Shown here one piece after another: positions 48,615-57,283 of a DNA stretch of 64,000 bases. Each line of letters opens with the position of its first letter. The stretch's first letter is position 1. The translations under genes were made by a program, and so were the position numbers. The notes under the pieces are model-generated. The model worked only from the letters and a program-made list of their open reading frames with translations. It was not told the DNA's origin and made no database searches. The stretch spans positions 248,001 to 312,000 of the IMG/VR virus record IMGVR_UViG_3300036715_004471; one strand, written 5' to 3'.

Positions 48615-48832
48615 TTCAAATCTTCTACAATTTTATCCAAATCACCTGACACATTTGCTTTCTGCAAAAGAGTCATTGATAACACTTCGGTAATACTTCT
48701 AATTTCCCCTTGTAACTCAAGATCTGTAAATATCTTCTTAGCAAGTAATATATTTTCTATGGCTTTCAATCTTATTAAGACATCCGCCATCAATACATCA
48801 TTTGTCAATTGTTGTGCTTCTTGTTTTTCCAT
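48611..48832 (-). CDS. hypothetical protein
   Basis: 73-aa ORF, ATGA overlap. Confidence 0.65.
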   Translation of the reverse strand: MEKQEAQQLTNDVLMADVLIRLKAIENILLAKKIFTDLELQGEIRSITEVLSMTLLQKANVSGDLDKIVEDLK

Positions 48833-48858
48833 AAGTCCTCAAGGTAGCTATATAACTT

Positions 48859-49389
48859 TTACTTAGTGCAACATTTTTTATATTTCTTACCAGAACCACA
48901 AATACATGGTTCATTGGGTCCAACTTTTTTTTTGGATGAAACTGTTACTACTTGGGGAGCCAAGTGATCAATAAATAGCTTACTAGTAAGATGATCTATC
49001 TCATGTTGACAAACTACGGCTATCAAACCTGTGGCTATAAAACTATGGGGATAAACTAAGTTGTTAACTATATGAACTTCTTGAAATCTAATAGTATCTT
49101 CTACTCTTCCAGGAAAAGATAAACAACCCTCCTGTCTAAAGACAGTTGGGTCATATCCTTGAGCAATTTGACAATTGATTAAATTGAAATTTAAATCTTT
49201 ATTAACTCTAACTATTGCTATGTTTTTGGCAATACCTATTTGGGGGGCTGCTAAACCTATGCCCGGAACACCTAGTTTTGCAGAATGTTCTAACTCTTTT
49301 TCCAGAATAGAAACTAATTCTCCAACTTCATCTAGTACAACATCATCACACTTTACTCGAAGTAAATCTTCGTTATTCTTTATGATCAT
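48859..49389 (-). CDS. def: peptide deformylase with C-terminal SEC-C motif
   Basis: GIGLAAPQIG, EGCLSFPG, QHEIDHL; tail KVGPNEPCICGSGKKYKKCC. Confidence 0.93.
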   Translation of the reverse strand: MIIKNNEDLLRVKCDDVVLDEVGELVSILEKELEHSAKLGVPGIGLAAPQIGIAKNIAIVRVNKDLNFNLINCQIAQGYDPTVFRQEGCLSFPGRVEDTIRFQEVHIVNNLVYPHSFIATGLIAVVCQHEIDHLTSKLFIDHLAPQVVTVSSKKKVGPNEPCICGSGKKYKKCCTK

Positions 49390-49401
49390 TTAACTTTCCA
49401 A

Positions 49402-49599
49402 TTATTTACCCTTACATGCACAGCCTCTAGGTTGTTTGGTTGATAAAATGATTTTCTTCAAACAAACAGCGCATTTTTTTTCTATTGCAGAGCAAGAATC
49501 ACATAATACTGATAAATTGTTTAATACAATACTTTGGCACTTAATACAGTTTTTGGTTGTATGTAAAAATAATAGTTTTGAACAAGTAGGACATAGCAT
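49402..49599 (-). CDS. small Cys-rich zinc-binding protein
   Basis: Four CxxC pairs plus a CxC in 65 aa. Confidence 0.65.
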   Translation of the reverse strand: MLCPTCSKLLFLHTTKNCIKCQSIVLNNLSVLCDSCSAIEKKCAVCLKKIILSTKQPRGCACKGK

Positions 49600-49636
49600 A
49601 ACTACTATTCTAGTATATTCACTGGAGATTCAATCT

Positions 49637-49786
49637 ATGGAATTATTCTTTCCCTTTATTCACAAGAAGCAAGAAAAAGAACATGTAAAACAAATATCAT
49701 TGTATATTGATGACATTCCTGACATTATTGAACAAAAAACTGAAATTGAAGAACCAGAAAGAATTGCCATTATAGAAATACTTTAA
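49637..49786 (+). CDS. 49-aa plus-strand protein
   Basis: GGAG upstream of ATG 49637; MELFFPFIHKK...ERIAIIEIL; fills a gap between minus-strand genes. Confidence 0.55.
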   Translation: MELFFPFIHKKQEKEHVKQISLYIDDIPDIIEQKTEIEEPERIAIIEIL

Positions 49787-50044
49787 TCATTTCTTCAATG
49801 ATTTCAATATTTCTCTAGCTTCTTCAAAATATTTCTTGGCTTCAGCAGTTTTTAGATATGAATTAACAATACTGCGCACCTCACGATAATCATCGGTTGG
49901 ATCGGACTTATCTAAACAGGCTTTACAAATCTTAAATTTAGTGATATTTATACTTGACAAGGCTACAGAGTGTAGTTGTTCAGTATCTTCATCAGCAAAT
50001 TCTTCAGCACATACTATGCAATTGTAACTTACCTGTTGGGTCAT
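49787..50044 (-). CDS. small zinc-finger protein
   Basis: CIVC...CKAC. Confidence 0.7.
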   Translation of the reverse strand: MTQQVSYNCIVCAEEFADEDTEQLHSVALSSINITKFKICKACLDKSDPTDDYREVRSIVNSYLKTAEAKKYFEEAREILKSLKK

Positions 50045-50105
50045 GGTGCATCCTATATATCCATTGAGACTATATAGTATTCATAATTATTGAATGAAAA
50101 ATATC

Positions 50106-50145
50106 ATGAAAGGAGGTAATGGGACCCATTATTGCCTCCTTTCAT
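50106..50145. other. 40-nt hairpin pairing a perfect SD with an anti-SD; possible terminator or regulatory RNA
   Basis: atgaaaggagg/cctcctttcat (11 bp), 3-nt bulge, taatgg/ccatta (6 bp). Confidence 0.7.
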
Positions 50146-50163
50146 ATCAAATGACACCAAACT

Positions 50164-50676
50164 TTATATATTTCTTAAGAAATCGTCCCAATCATGGTGC
50201 CAGTGTTCCTGAGGATCAGCCAAATAATGATTTGCTGAAAATGAGGGATGCGTTGGTTTTTTCAACAAAATCATCGCCGCTTGTTCGGGGGTCCTATCAG
50301 CTTTTTTGTTGTTACAGATTTGGCAACAAACTACACAGTTGGTAAAAGAAGTAACACCTTTTTGTGCACGTGGTAAAACGTGATCAATAGTGATTTGAGA
50401 AGCGGTTAACTTCTTGTTACAATACTGGCAAGTACTTCTATCTCTTTTCACCAAAGCCTTGCGGCTAAAGTTAGCGTTAAAGTAGTTTCTTTTAACATGA
50501 GTCTTTAATCTTATGATAGAAGGGTGCTTAATGTGACCAGTACCCCAAATGATTTCATCATCCCAATTAGAAATAACTTCTACCTTATCTTTGATAAGGT
50601 GTTTAATAACTTTTCTTTCTGGAATGAAGTTAAGCACTTCATAACTTGCATTCAATAGTAACGTTTTCTTTGACAT
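50164..50676 (-). CDS. HNH endonuclease (McrA-like small bacterial type)
   Basis: LLLNASYE, RDRSTCQYC, TIDHVLP, NCVVCCQICNNKK. Confidence 0.88.
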   Translation of the reverse strand: MSKKTLLLNASYEVLNFIPERKVIKHLIKDKVEVISNWDDEIIWGTGHIKHPSIIRLKTHVKRNYFNANFSRKALVKRDRSTCQYCNKKLTASQITIDHVLPRAQKGVTSFTNCVVCCQICNNKKADRTPEQAAMILLKKPTHPSFSANHYLADPQEHWHHDWDDFLRNI

Positions 50677-50708
50677 AGCTACAACATTAGCCTCCGATAA
50701 TGCGGTTG

Positions 50709-51410
50709 TTACAGTTTGGCGAGTGACACCGCGATATCTTCGCCATTACATATTTCGTTTCCCAAACAAGTCCAATTGGGGCGAACTCTTCTAGCAAACA
50801 ATTCTAATTTTTCAGTGTTTGGAAACATGGTTTCCAAAGAAACTTGTAAATGTTCTGGCTTTGAAGAATGCTTCAAATTCTCACCAAAAGAAACAGAACG
50901 TTGGGACCTATTTGTTAATTTTTTATAAATACCAGTATTGTTAATACCAATCAAACAAATCTCATGTGTTTGTCTAAACAAACGACCCATACCAAAACTT
51001 AACAAATCATCCATAGGAATTAACTTAGATGTATCATTACATAATTTTGTTATGAGGGACCAATTTGGCTTACCGCCTTCTTTGAAGGATGTTTTCAGTA
51101 CTTTTACCAAATTTGTCACGATGGGTTTAAATAGATTTTTCTTATTTTTTACCCACACATACGTCTGCTTGTGCTTAAAACCCCAGGCAGACATAATATT
51201 CAGACCGTCTTGCAGCATGGATGATGGAACCCACAGCGCTAAAAGAGTTCCAGTAGGATCGGAATAATCTGAAATTGGTAACTCTTTAATAGACCGCAAA
51301 GACATAGTACTATAATTTGCTCTTGCTCCACGAGCTACATCGGACATTTTTAAGGAATCCTTAAAATCCCAGGGCGGGTCAGCCACTATAACTTGGTATT
51401 TTGATGACAT
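50709..51410 (-). CDS. MT-A70 family N6-adenine methyltransferase
   Basis: IVADPPW, LALWV, WGF, HSSKP, LELFARR; long insertion after WVKNK. Confidence 0.9.
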   Translation of the reverse strand: MSSKYQVIVADPPWDFKDSLKMSDVARGARANYSTMSLRSIKELPISDYSDPTGTLLALWVPSSMLQDGLNIMSAWGFKHKQTYVWVKNKKNLFKPIVTNLVKVLKTSFKEGGKPNWSLITKLCNDTSKLIPMDDLLSFGMGRLFRQTHEICLIGINNTGIYKKLTNRSQRSVSFGENLKHSSKPEHLQVSLETMFPNTEKLELFARRVRPNWTCLGNEICNGEDIAVSLAKL

Positions 51411-51467
51411 GTGATTGATTTCTCCACATGTCAATATATGGATCCGTTATTAAGTTGAATAACGTTT

Positions 51468-52220
51468 TCACGCTTTGATAATCATTGTTTGAAGTTCCAA
51501 TGGAGACTTTGATCCATCCACCTGAATATCTTGGACAATTTCCAACTTCTCTTTGTTTAAAGATTCTCTTTTACGAACAAAAACTCTATATGTGCCAATT
51601 GGCAAAGATTGCATCCATTTGCCCGCCCCATTTGTTCTAGTTTTAACTACTGTTTGCATATTTTCAGATTGTATAATCTCGACATCAGCTAAAAATACTG
51701 ACTTGCCATTTTTATCAACAATTCTTTGCATAACAGGAATGTTATTGCCGGAAGGCGCCGGTTGATCTGCCTTTTTCTTTGAAGGAATTTCCGTAAACTT
51801 TGTGGCTTGATTGGGGACCACTACTTCTGGCTCCATCAATTTAGGAATTTGTGTAGGAAATTTAGGAGCTACAACAGCAGTACTAGATGATCTCTTTAAG
51901 TAAGCGTCATCTCCCGAGTATGTTTCAGGTCTAGAAGTTCTTCTGAATCCTTGAGGTTCTCTTTCAATAGGAAGGGCATGTTCGGGAGCCACTGTAATCT
52001 GCCTATTGTCATCTGACAAAGGTCTTGTATCAACTGCCTCAACCTTAATAACTGGAGGAGAAATAATAGTAGGCTTATCAGCCTTTTCTAAAAGAGAGTT
52101 AACTTTGTTAGACAATATCTTGATGTTTAAGTCTTGTGTTCTAACAATACTCATTAATACATCAATTTTTGCCTCAAGTTCTAATAAAACTTCAGAAGCT
52201 TTTCTAGGTTCTTTTTCCAA
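51468..52220 (-). CDS. coiled-coil plus C-terminal transthyretin/prealbumin-like beta-sandwich protein
   Basis: IVDKNGK..LADVEI...TRTNGAGKW...LPIGTYRV. Confidence 0.5.
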   Translation of the reverse strand: MEKEPRKASEVLLELEAKIDVLMSIVRTQDLNIKILSNKVNSLLEKADKPTIISPPVIKVEAVDTRPLSDDNRQITVAPEHALPIEREPQGFRRTSRPETYSGDDAYLKRSSSTAVVAPKFPTQIPKLMEPEVVVPNQATKFTEIPSKKKADQPAPSGNNIPVMQRIVDKNGKSVFLADVEIIQSENMQTVVKTRTNGAGKWMQSLPIGTYRVFVRKRESLNKEKLEIVQDIQVDGSKSPLELQTMIIKA

Positions 52221-52229
52221 GGGAACTCC

Positions 52230-52928
52230 TCAATCCAAAAATACACCAATCTTGATCTTAACTTTTTTCAAAACTAATAGATCTTCAACTGGTACCGGAT
52301 TACCATCGCATATCTCATGCTCTCCAAAAATCAACGCTCTAGTTTCTTCTTGAATAACACTTAATGGTCCAAACGCGAATATGACACCATTAACTAATAG
52401 TATATGCTCATCATCTTCAATATTAGCCCGAGATAATGTTGATAAATCAGTGTCCTTTATAACTTCCTGTAAATCTTTTTCGGTCATAAAAGGCTTGGTA
52501 GGCTGAGGAACTTTTTCAACATGATTTGTTGAAAACCCCAAAGCTTGATCTGTAACAAATTCATTATTATCAATCATTTCATGCTGAAATGAAGAATCAT
52601 CAGACAAATCATCTATCAATTCTCCATCTACTGATGACCAGGTATGTTCCATATTGTTACCAACATTAGGAACTGGACCCCTTCCCCTACCGACTGGGGA
52701 AGGGATAACCTTAGCATATGGCTGTCTAATAGGAGGACGTGGTGCTCTTGGATTCGTCGGCGGAAGCTTAGTAGTAGATTGCTTAATCAATACATGATCC
52801 GGAACTACGGCACTTGCAAATTCTTCAGGTTCGATACCCCTTAATTGATATTGAGGAACATACTTCTTTGCAACATCAGGGGTTTCTCTATCAGAATTTT
52901 TATATACTTTTACGTTTCTATTAGACAT
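52230..52928 (-). CDS. hypothetical protein
   Basis: 232-aa ORF with Pro-rich segment. Confidence 0.7.
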   Translation of the reverse strand: MSNRNVKVYKNSDRETPDVAKKYVPQYQLRGIEPEEFASAVVPDHVLIKQSTTKLPPTNPRAPRPPIRQPYAKVIPSPVGRGRGPVPNVGNNMEHTWSSVDGELIDDLSDDSSFQHEMIDNNEFVTDQALGFSTNHVEKVPQPTKPFMTEKDLQEVIKDTDLSTLSRANIEDDEHILLVNGVIFAFGPLSVIQEETRALIFGEHEICDGNPVPVEDLLVLKKVKIKIGVFLD

Positions 52929-52935
52929 TTGATCC

Positions 52936-53280
52936 TTATTCTGCTTGAGAATCTTTTCTAGAGGAAGATCTTGGTTTATTTGAGTTTAATTCCATTATCT
53001 TTCTTTTCATCTCATTGCGCTTCCTTCTCCTCTTTTGAGAAGGTTTTTCATATGTCTGCCTTTCTTTATAAGCAGACAAAATTCTTTCTTTTTGCACCAA
53101 AGCCCTAAAAGCACGAAGAGCTTTGTCAAAATTGTTATTGTAAACTCTAACTTCTAATGGTTGAGCGAGAACTGCTTCGTTCTCTTTTGAATCATGGCTA
53201 ACGATTTCACCTCCTTTTTGAGCCTTTTTGAAGGTTTTTCCGCTTTTCTTAAATCCACTATCTTTTGACATAACTATCAA
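52936..53280 (-). CDS. rpsU: ribosomal protein bS21 with N- and C-terminal extensions (start 53280 or 53271)
   Basis: VRVYNNNFDKALRAF...ERQTYEKPSQKRRRKR. Confidence 0.88.
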   Translation of the reverse strand: MIVMSKDSGFKKSGKTFKKAQKGGEIVSHDSKENEAVLAQPLEVRVYNNNFDKALRAFRALVQKERILSAYKERQTYEKPSQKRRRKRNEMKRKIMELNSNKPRSSSRKDSQAE

Positions 53281-53293
53281 CTAACCTACTATT

Positions 53294-54610
53294 TCACTTG
53301 AAATACTTATCTGTGTCCACTATCTTACTGGCGTTAAGAATATTTTTATCCTTAACTAAACAACTCAAGGCACTTTCTATGTCTTTTTCTGTTGGAGCCT
53401 TACGATTATGAGCTAAAGCCTCAAACATTGCCGAAATATAAAGTTCCTTTAAGTAAGCATAAGAAAACGCTGACTTCTCTGCAAACTTAGCTAGTTCTCG
53501 ACACTTCTTAACAGACAAGAGTGCTCCGAACCATCTCTTAAGATATATATAAGCCATTTCTTGGTTTGGAAGAGGAATTTCGAATTTTCTATCAAATCTA
53601 GATGGTCTATCAGTAATATTAGATTTTAATTTCTTAACATCATTGGCTGTCGCAATAACTAACAAACCATTTTTTGCAGAAATACCATCCATCAAATTCA
53701 AAAACGAAGAAATATCTACATTCTTTTCTAACATAGAATCCAAATCCTCAAAATACAATAATGAGGGGCTTTGTTCTTCTGCATAAGAAAAGGCTTCTCT
53801 TACCGCCTCGTCATTTGCTCCAGGAACAATAGTAACTGGTTTGAAATTGTATAAAGACATAACTGTCTTTATAATAGATGTTTTACCGTTACCTGGTTTG
53901 CCATATAACAAAATACCACGCTTCCAAGGTATTTTGTTATCTATGTAAAACTGTTTAGAAGCCAAAAAATTCTCTACCAAATTCTTTAATTCATTCTTGA
54001 TACTATCAGGTAAGAATAGTCCATCCCAAGTATGATCTTTGGTATATGGCACATCTTCACCATCAACAACCCTAATATGAAGATTACTTCTATCTCTACT
54101 CTGAACCCATTTATCAAATGAATTTCTCAGAGCAACATATCCTTCATAATTTTTATTTGAACACACAACAAAGAAACTTACTTCATCTTCTTGTTGGTTT
54201 CCCTTATGAAATAAAGCGGCATGAATGAATTCTAAATTCTTATGCTTGATCAAGAAGACACCTTGAACGAAGAACTTTTCAAAATCATGCTCCGTTTGCC
54301 AAGAGATAATAGAATCTTTATACAAACATTCTACCTTGATATCGCTTTCCTCGCAAAATTTCATGAATTGACCATCAATAATAATTCTATTATGAATGTA
54401 TCTATTTATTCCTACAGTATCTTTGAGAGCAGATTTGAAATTATCCTCCACCCATTTCATTAGATCAATAAAATTAGCAGTAGGTCTCGTGTCCTCCAAC
54501 TTATTGAATAAGCCACTATCCATTAGAGCTAATAATTTCTCTTTAGATAGATGTTCTTGGCTTTCCAAATCAGAAGGGGTTAAGTAGTCTTTATTTTCTT
54601 TGACACTCAT
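53294..54610 (-). CDS. AAA+ ATPase (BCS1-like) with unknown N-terminal domain
   Basis: RGILLYGKPGNGKT, LYFEDLD, LNLMDG, DRPSRFDR. Confidence 0.88.
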   Translation of the reverse strand: MSVKENKDYLTPSDLESQEHLSKEKLLALMDSGLFNKLEDTRPTANFIDLMKWVEDNFKSALKDTVGINRYIHNRIIIDGQFMKFCEESDIKVECLYKDSIISWQTEHDFEKFFVQGVFLIKHKNLEFIHAALFHKGNQQEDEVSFFVVCSNKNYEGYVALRNSFDKWVQSRDRSNLHIRVVDGEDVPYTKDHTWDGLFLPDSIKNELKNLVENFLASKQFYIDNKIPWKRGILLYGKPGNGKTSIIKTVMSLYNFKPVTIVPGANDEAVREAFSYAEEQSPSLLYFEDLDSMLEKNVDISSFLNLMDGISAKNGLLVIATANDVKKLKSNITDRPSRFDRKFEIPLPNQEMAYIYLKRWFGALLSVKKCRELAKFAEKSAFSYAYLKELYISAMFEALAHNRKAPTEKDIESALSCLVKDKNILNASKIVDTDKYFK

Positions 54611-54634
54611 TTATATTTTGATTAACCCGGTCCT

Positions 54635-56416
54635 TCATTTACAAGATTTTGTATTCCTACACTTAGGAAATGCAGAGCATGCTAAAAACTTTTCGCCTGT
54701 TGACTTTGCCACACGAGTGCTCATAGGAGAACTGCATTTGTCACAAAGTGTACCACCATGTCCTAAATATGCCTTATCCAATTCAGATTTGAATCCTGGA
54801 TAAAACTTTTTCAACATGTCAATATGATTTATTTTTCCACTTTCAATTTCATCCAAAGATTTTTCCATCTTAGCGGTGTAATCATAATCCATGAATGTAA
54901 AATAATTTGATAAAACATTTGTTATTGTTTTGCCCAAATCTGTAGCATGAAAAACATTACCCTTCTTTTCAACATAATTTCTTGCAGAAATTTTACTTAA
55001 TAGATCTGCATATGTAGCCGGTCTACCAATTCCTCTTCTTTTAAGCTCACTCATTACTTTATTAATTGAGTAACGTGGTGGTGGTTGAGTTTGCTTTTTT
55101 TCCATACGTACTGGAATTTTACCAGACAGATAAACTAAATCTCCCACTTCTAAATTGGGAATCTCAATTTTATTCTTATCATCAACTCCCAAAATCTCAA
55201 GAAATCCTTTAGATTTTAGAGCCTTACCTGAAGCTTTAACTTCTGCTGATTTATCTCCAGACACATGAGCCGTTACTTTTAATGTATTGTATACAGCAGG
55301 CAACATCTGGCTAGCCACAAAGTATTTCCATATAGTGGAATATACTAGCTTTTCATTCTTATCTACAATTTCATAATTGTTGTTATCAATCACAAAATTA
55401 ACATCACACGGGTGGATACACTCATGTGCATCTTGAGTTTCGTCTTCATTTTTGAAGATATTAGGTTTACTGGGTCTGGAAAAATTGTTTTGATCTAACC
55501 AATCATGCGCCATTTTCATAGTTTCTCCTTCAATTCTCACCGAATCTGTTCTATGATAGGAGATGTACTTATTCTCAAAGAGAGATTGGGCTGCCTTCAT
55601 GGTTTCTTCTGGATCAAGATTATGAAGAGAACTCATTGCTTGTAATAATGTAGCAGTAATCAATGGCGGAGGCGCTGGTTTCTTTTCCTCTTCAGCTTTT
55701 ACTTCGGTAACTATATATTCTTTGTTTGCGGATAATCTATCATGCATTGCCTTCGCAACTTTGGCGTTGATTAACCTGCCAGAATATTTTGTAACGAAAG
55801 GCTCTTTACCGTTTTTATCAAGATTAACTTGAATCGTATAAAACTCTTCGGGCACAAATGCTTCTATTTCTAGCTCACGATCAATAATCATTCTTGTAAC
55901 TACGGACTGTACGCGACCAGCTGATAACTTGGGTCCGAAAAAATTCATTAAAAATGGTGATGCACTAAATCCAACTAAACGATCTAGAATACGACGAGCC
56001 TCTTGAGCATGAAAGATATTTAAATCAACATCTCTAAGTTCATTCAAAGATTTTAATAGTGCCGGTTTAGTTATCTTACTATAAGTCATCCTTTTAATTG
56101 GTTTACCCATATCTTCTAATCTTTTAGAAAGATGCCAAGCGATTGCTTCGCCCTCTCTATCAGGATCGCTTGCAATAATAATTCTATCACATTTTTTAGA
56201 CGCATTCATTAGGTTTTTCAACACTGAAACTTTATCATCCGATAAAACATAATGAGGTTTGAAATCATTATCAATGTCTACACCTATACCGTGACTGCCA
56301 CCGCTAGCTAATTCTGTTATGTGCCCTACGCTGGCTTCTACAAGATATTCTTGTCCAAGAATATCTTGGATACTTTTTGCTTTTGTTCCTGATTCAACTA
56401 TTATCAATGTTTTCAT
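54635..56416 (-). CDS. topA: type IA DNA topoisomerase
   Basis: LIIVES, ASDPDREGEAI, AGRVQS, active-site ISYHRTDS, GRPATY, C4 zinc ribbon. Confidence 0.95.
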   Translation of the reverse strand: MKTLIIVESGTKAKSIQDILGQEYLVEASVGHITELASGGSHGIGVDIDNDFKPHYVLSDDKVSVLKNLMNASKKCDRIIIASDPDREGEAIAWHLSKRLEDMGKPIKRMTYSKITKPALLKSLNELRDVDLNIFHAQEARRILDRLVGFSASPFLMNFFGPKLSAGRVQSVVTRMIIDRELEIEAFVPEEFYTIQVNLDKNGKEPFVTKYSGRLINAKVAKAMHDRLSANKEYIVTEVKAEEEKKPAPPPLITATLLQAMSSLHNLDPEETMKAAQSLFENKYISYHRTDSVRIEGETMKMAHDWLDQNNFSRPSKPNIFKNEDETQDAHECIHPCDVNFVIDNNNYEIVDKNEKLVYSTIWKYFVASQMLPAVYNTLKVTAHVSGDKSAEVKASGKALKSKGFLEILGVDDKNKIEIPNLEVGDLVYLSGKIPVRMEKKQTQPPPRYSINKVMSELKRRGIGRPATYADLLSKISARNYVEKKGNVFHATDLGKTITNVLSNYFTFMDYDYTAKMEKSLDEIESGKINHIDMLKKFYPGFKSELDKAYLGHGGTLCDKCSSPMSTRVAKSTGEKFLACSAFPKCRNTKSCK

Positions 56417-56450
56417 TTATTAACGTCTTTCAATATTTTCGTATATAAAG

Positions 56451-56855
56451 ATGGATATGCACAAAAATATCACTACTTTTTTTGATGAAATGCTTAAAGA
56501 TGTTAAGTGCCAGCAAGATACTCGCGCCTACATCGTTAGCATTTATGGGAAATACAAAAAATCGGACTGTGACTTGTCTAAAGATAGTGTCACTTTGCTT
56601 TTTGCGCAAGCCCGTCTAAAACAAGATTTTTCTGCCTACCAGAATTTAGGAGATTGGATATTTTTTGCAAATACTATGGCGCCCAATCATCTTAGATTTT
56701 CGAGTAAAGATTATTATGATACTATCGCTAGACTATCATACTATTCCTGTTACAAAATGATCAATAGACAATGGAAATTATTTGAAGAACTTTCAGATAA
56801 CTTCATTGAATTAGAATCTCAAGTTAAGAATAAACTCAAAATTATTCATCTTTAA
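56451..56855 (+). CDS. hypothetical protein, divergent from topA, resembling a bacterial family
   Basis: LGDWIFF...DYY...SY...LFEELSDNF pattern recalled from bacterial hypotheticals (unverified). Confidence 0.65.
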   Translation: MDMHKNITTFFDEMLKDVKCQQDTRAYIVSIYGKYKKSDCDLSKDSVTLLFAQARLKQDFSAYQNLGDWIFFANTMAPNHLRFSSKDYYDTIARLSYYSCYKMINRQWKLFEELSDNFIELESQVKNKLKIIHL

Positions 56856-57283
56856 AAGGCAAATTTGTTTTTGTGTTTATGTCTTGATTTTCTTTGAGAA
56901 ATCTCTGGTCTATTTGAAATAGATTTTTCAGCAAAAGACCAAACAGAAGATCCGCATTCACAAGTCAAATGCTCTACTAAATCAAAAACTGGGTTGGTAC
57001 CCCTTGTTCTGTGCAATTTAGGATTATATCCTTTATAAGCAACAGGATGGTTATAATAACCAATTTTGTTGGCGGATATAAAATCATCCAAAACATAATC
57101 TTCTGGAGACATTCTAGTCATATATTTTTTCACGAAATCAAATAATTCTCTATTCTTATATGGATCATACCACATAATAGGATTTCTAGAATAAAAATAG
57201 TATTTTGGTCTGCCGCCACACGCAATGCAACAGGTGCGACTTAAAAAGGAACTAGACAGGTTGATTGATTTTGTTTTTTTCAT
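56852..57283 (-). CDS. hypothetical Cys-containing protein
   Basis: CCIAC...CECG. Confidence 0.65.
   Translation of the reverse strand: MKKTKSINLSSSFLSRTCCIACGGRPKYYFYSRNPIMWYDPYKNRELFDFVKKYMTRMSPEDYVLDDFISANKIGYYNHPVAYKGYNPKLHRTRGTNPVFDLVEHLTCECGSSVWSFAEKSISNRPEISQRKSRHKHKNKFAF

Noticed and set aside
21389-53280. rpsU, dnaG and a sigma gene as a captured host macromolecular-synthesis operon
   Set aside because: The genes are dispersed and truncated; no evidence of common origin without phylogeny.
35662-54610. Split FtsH (M41 domain plus AAA ATPase)
   Set aside because: The genes are 17 kb apart and the AAA lacks the FtsH pore loop; kept as two separate observations.
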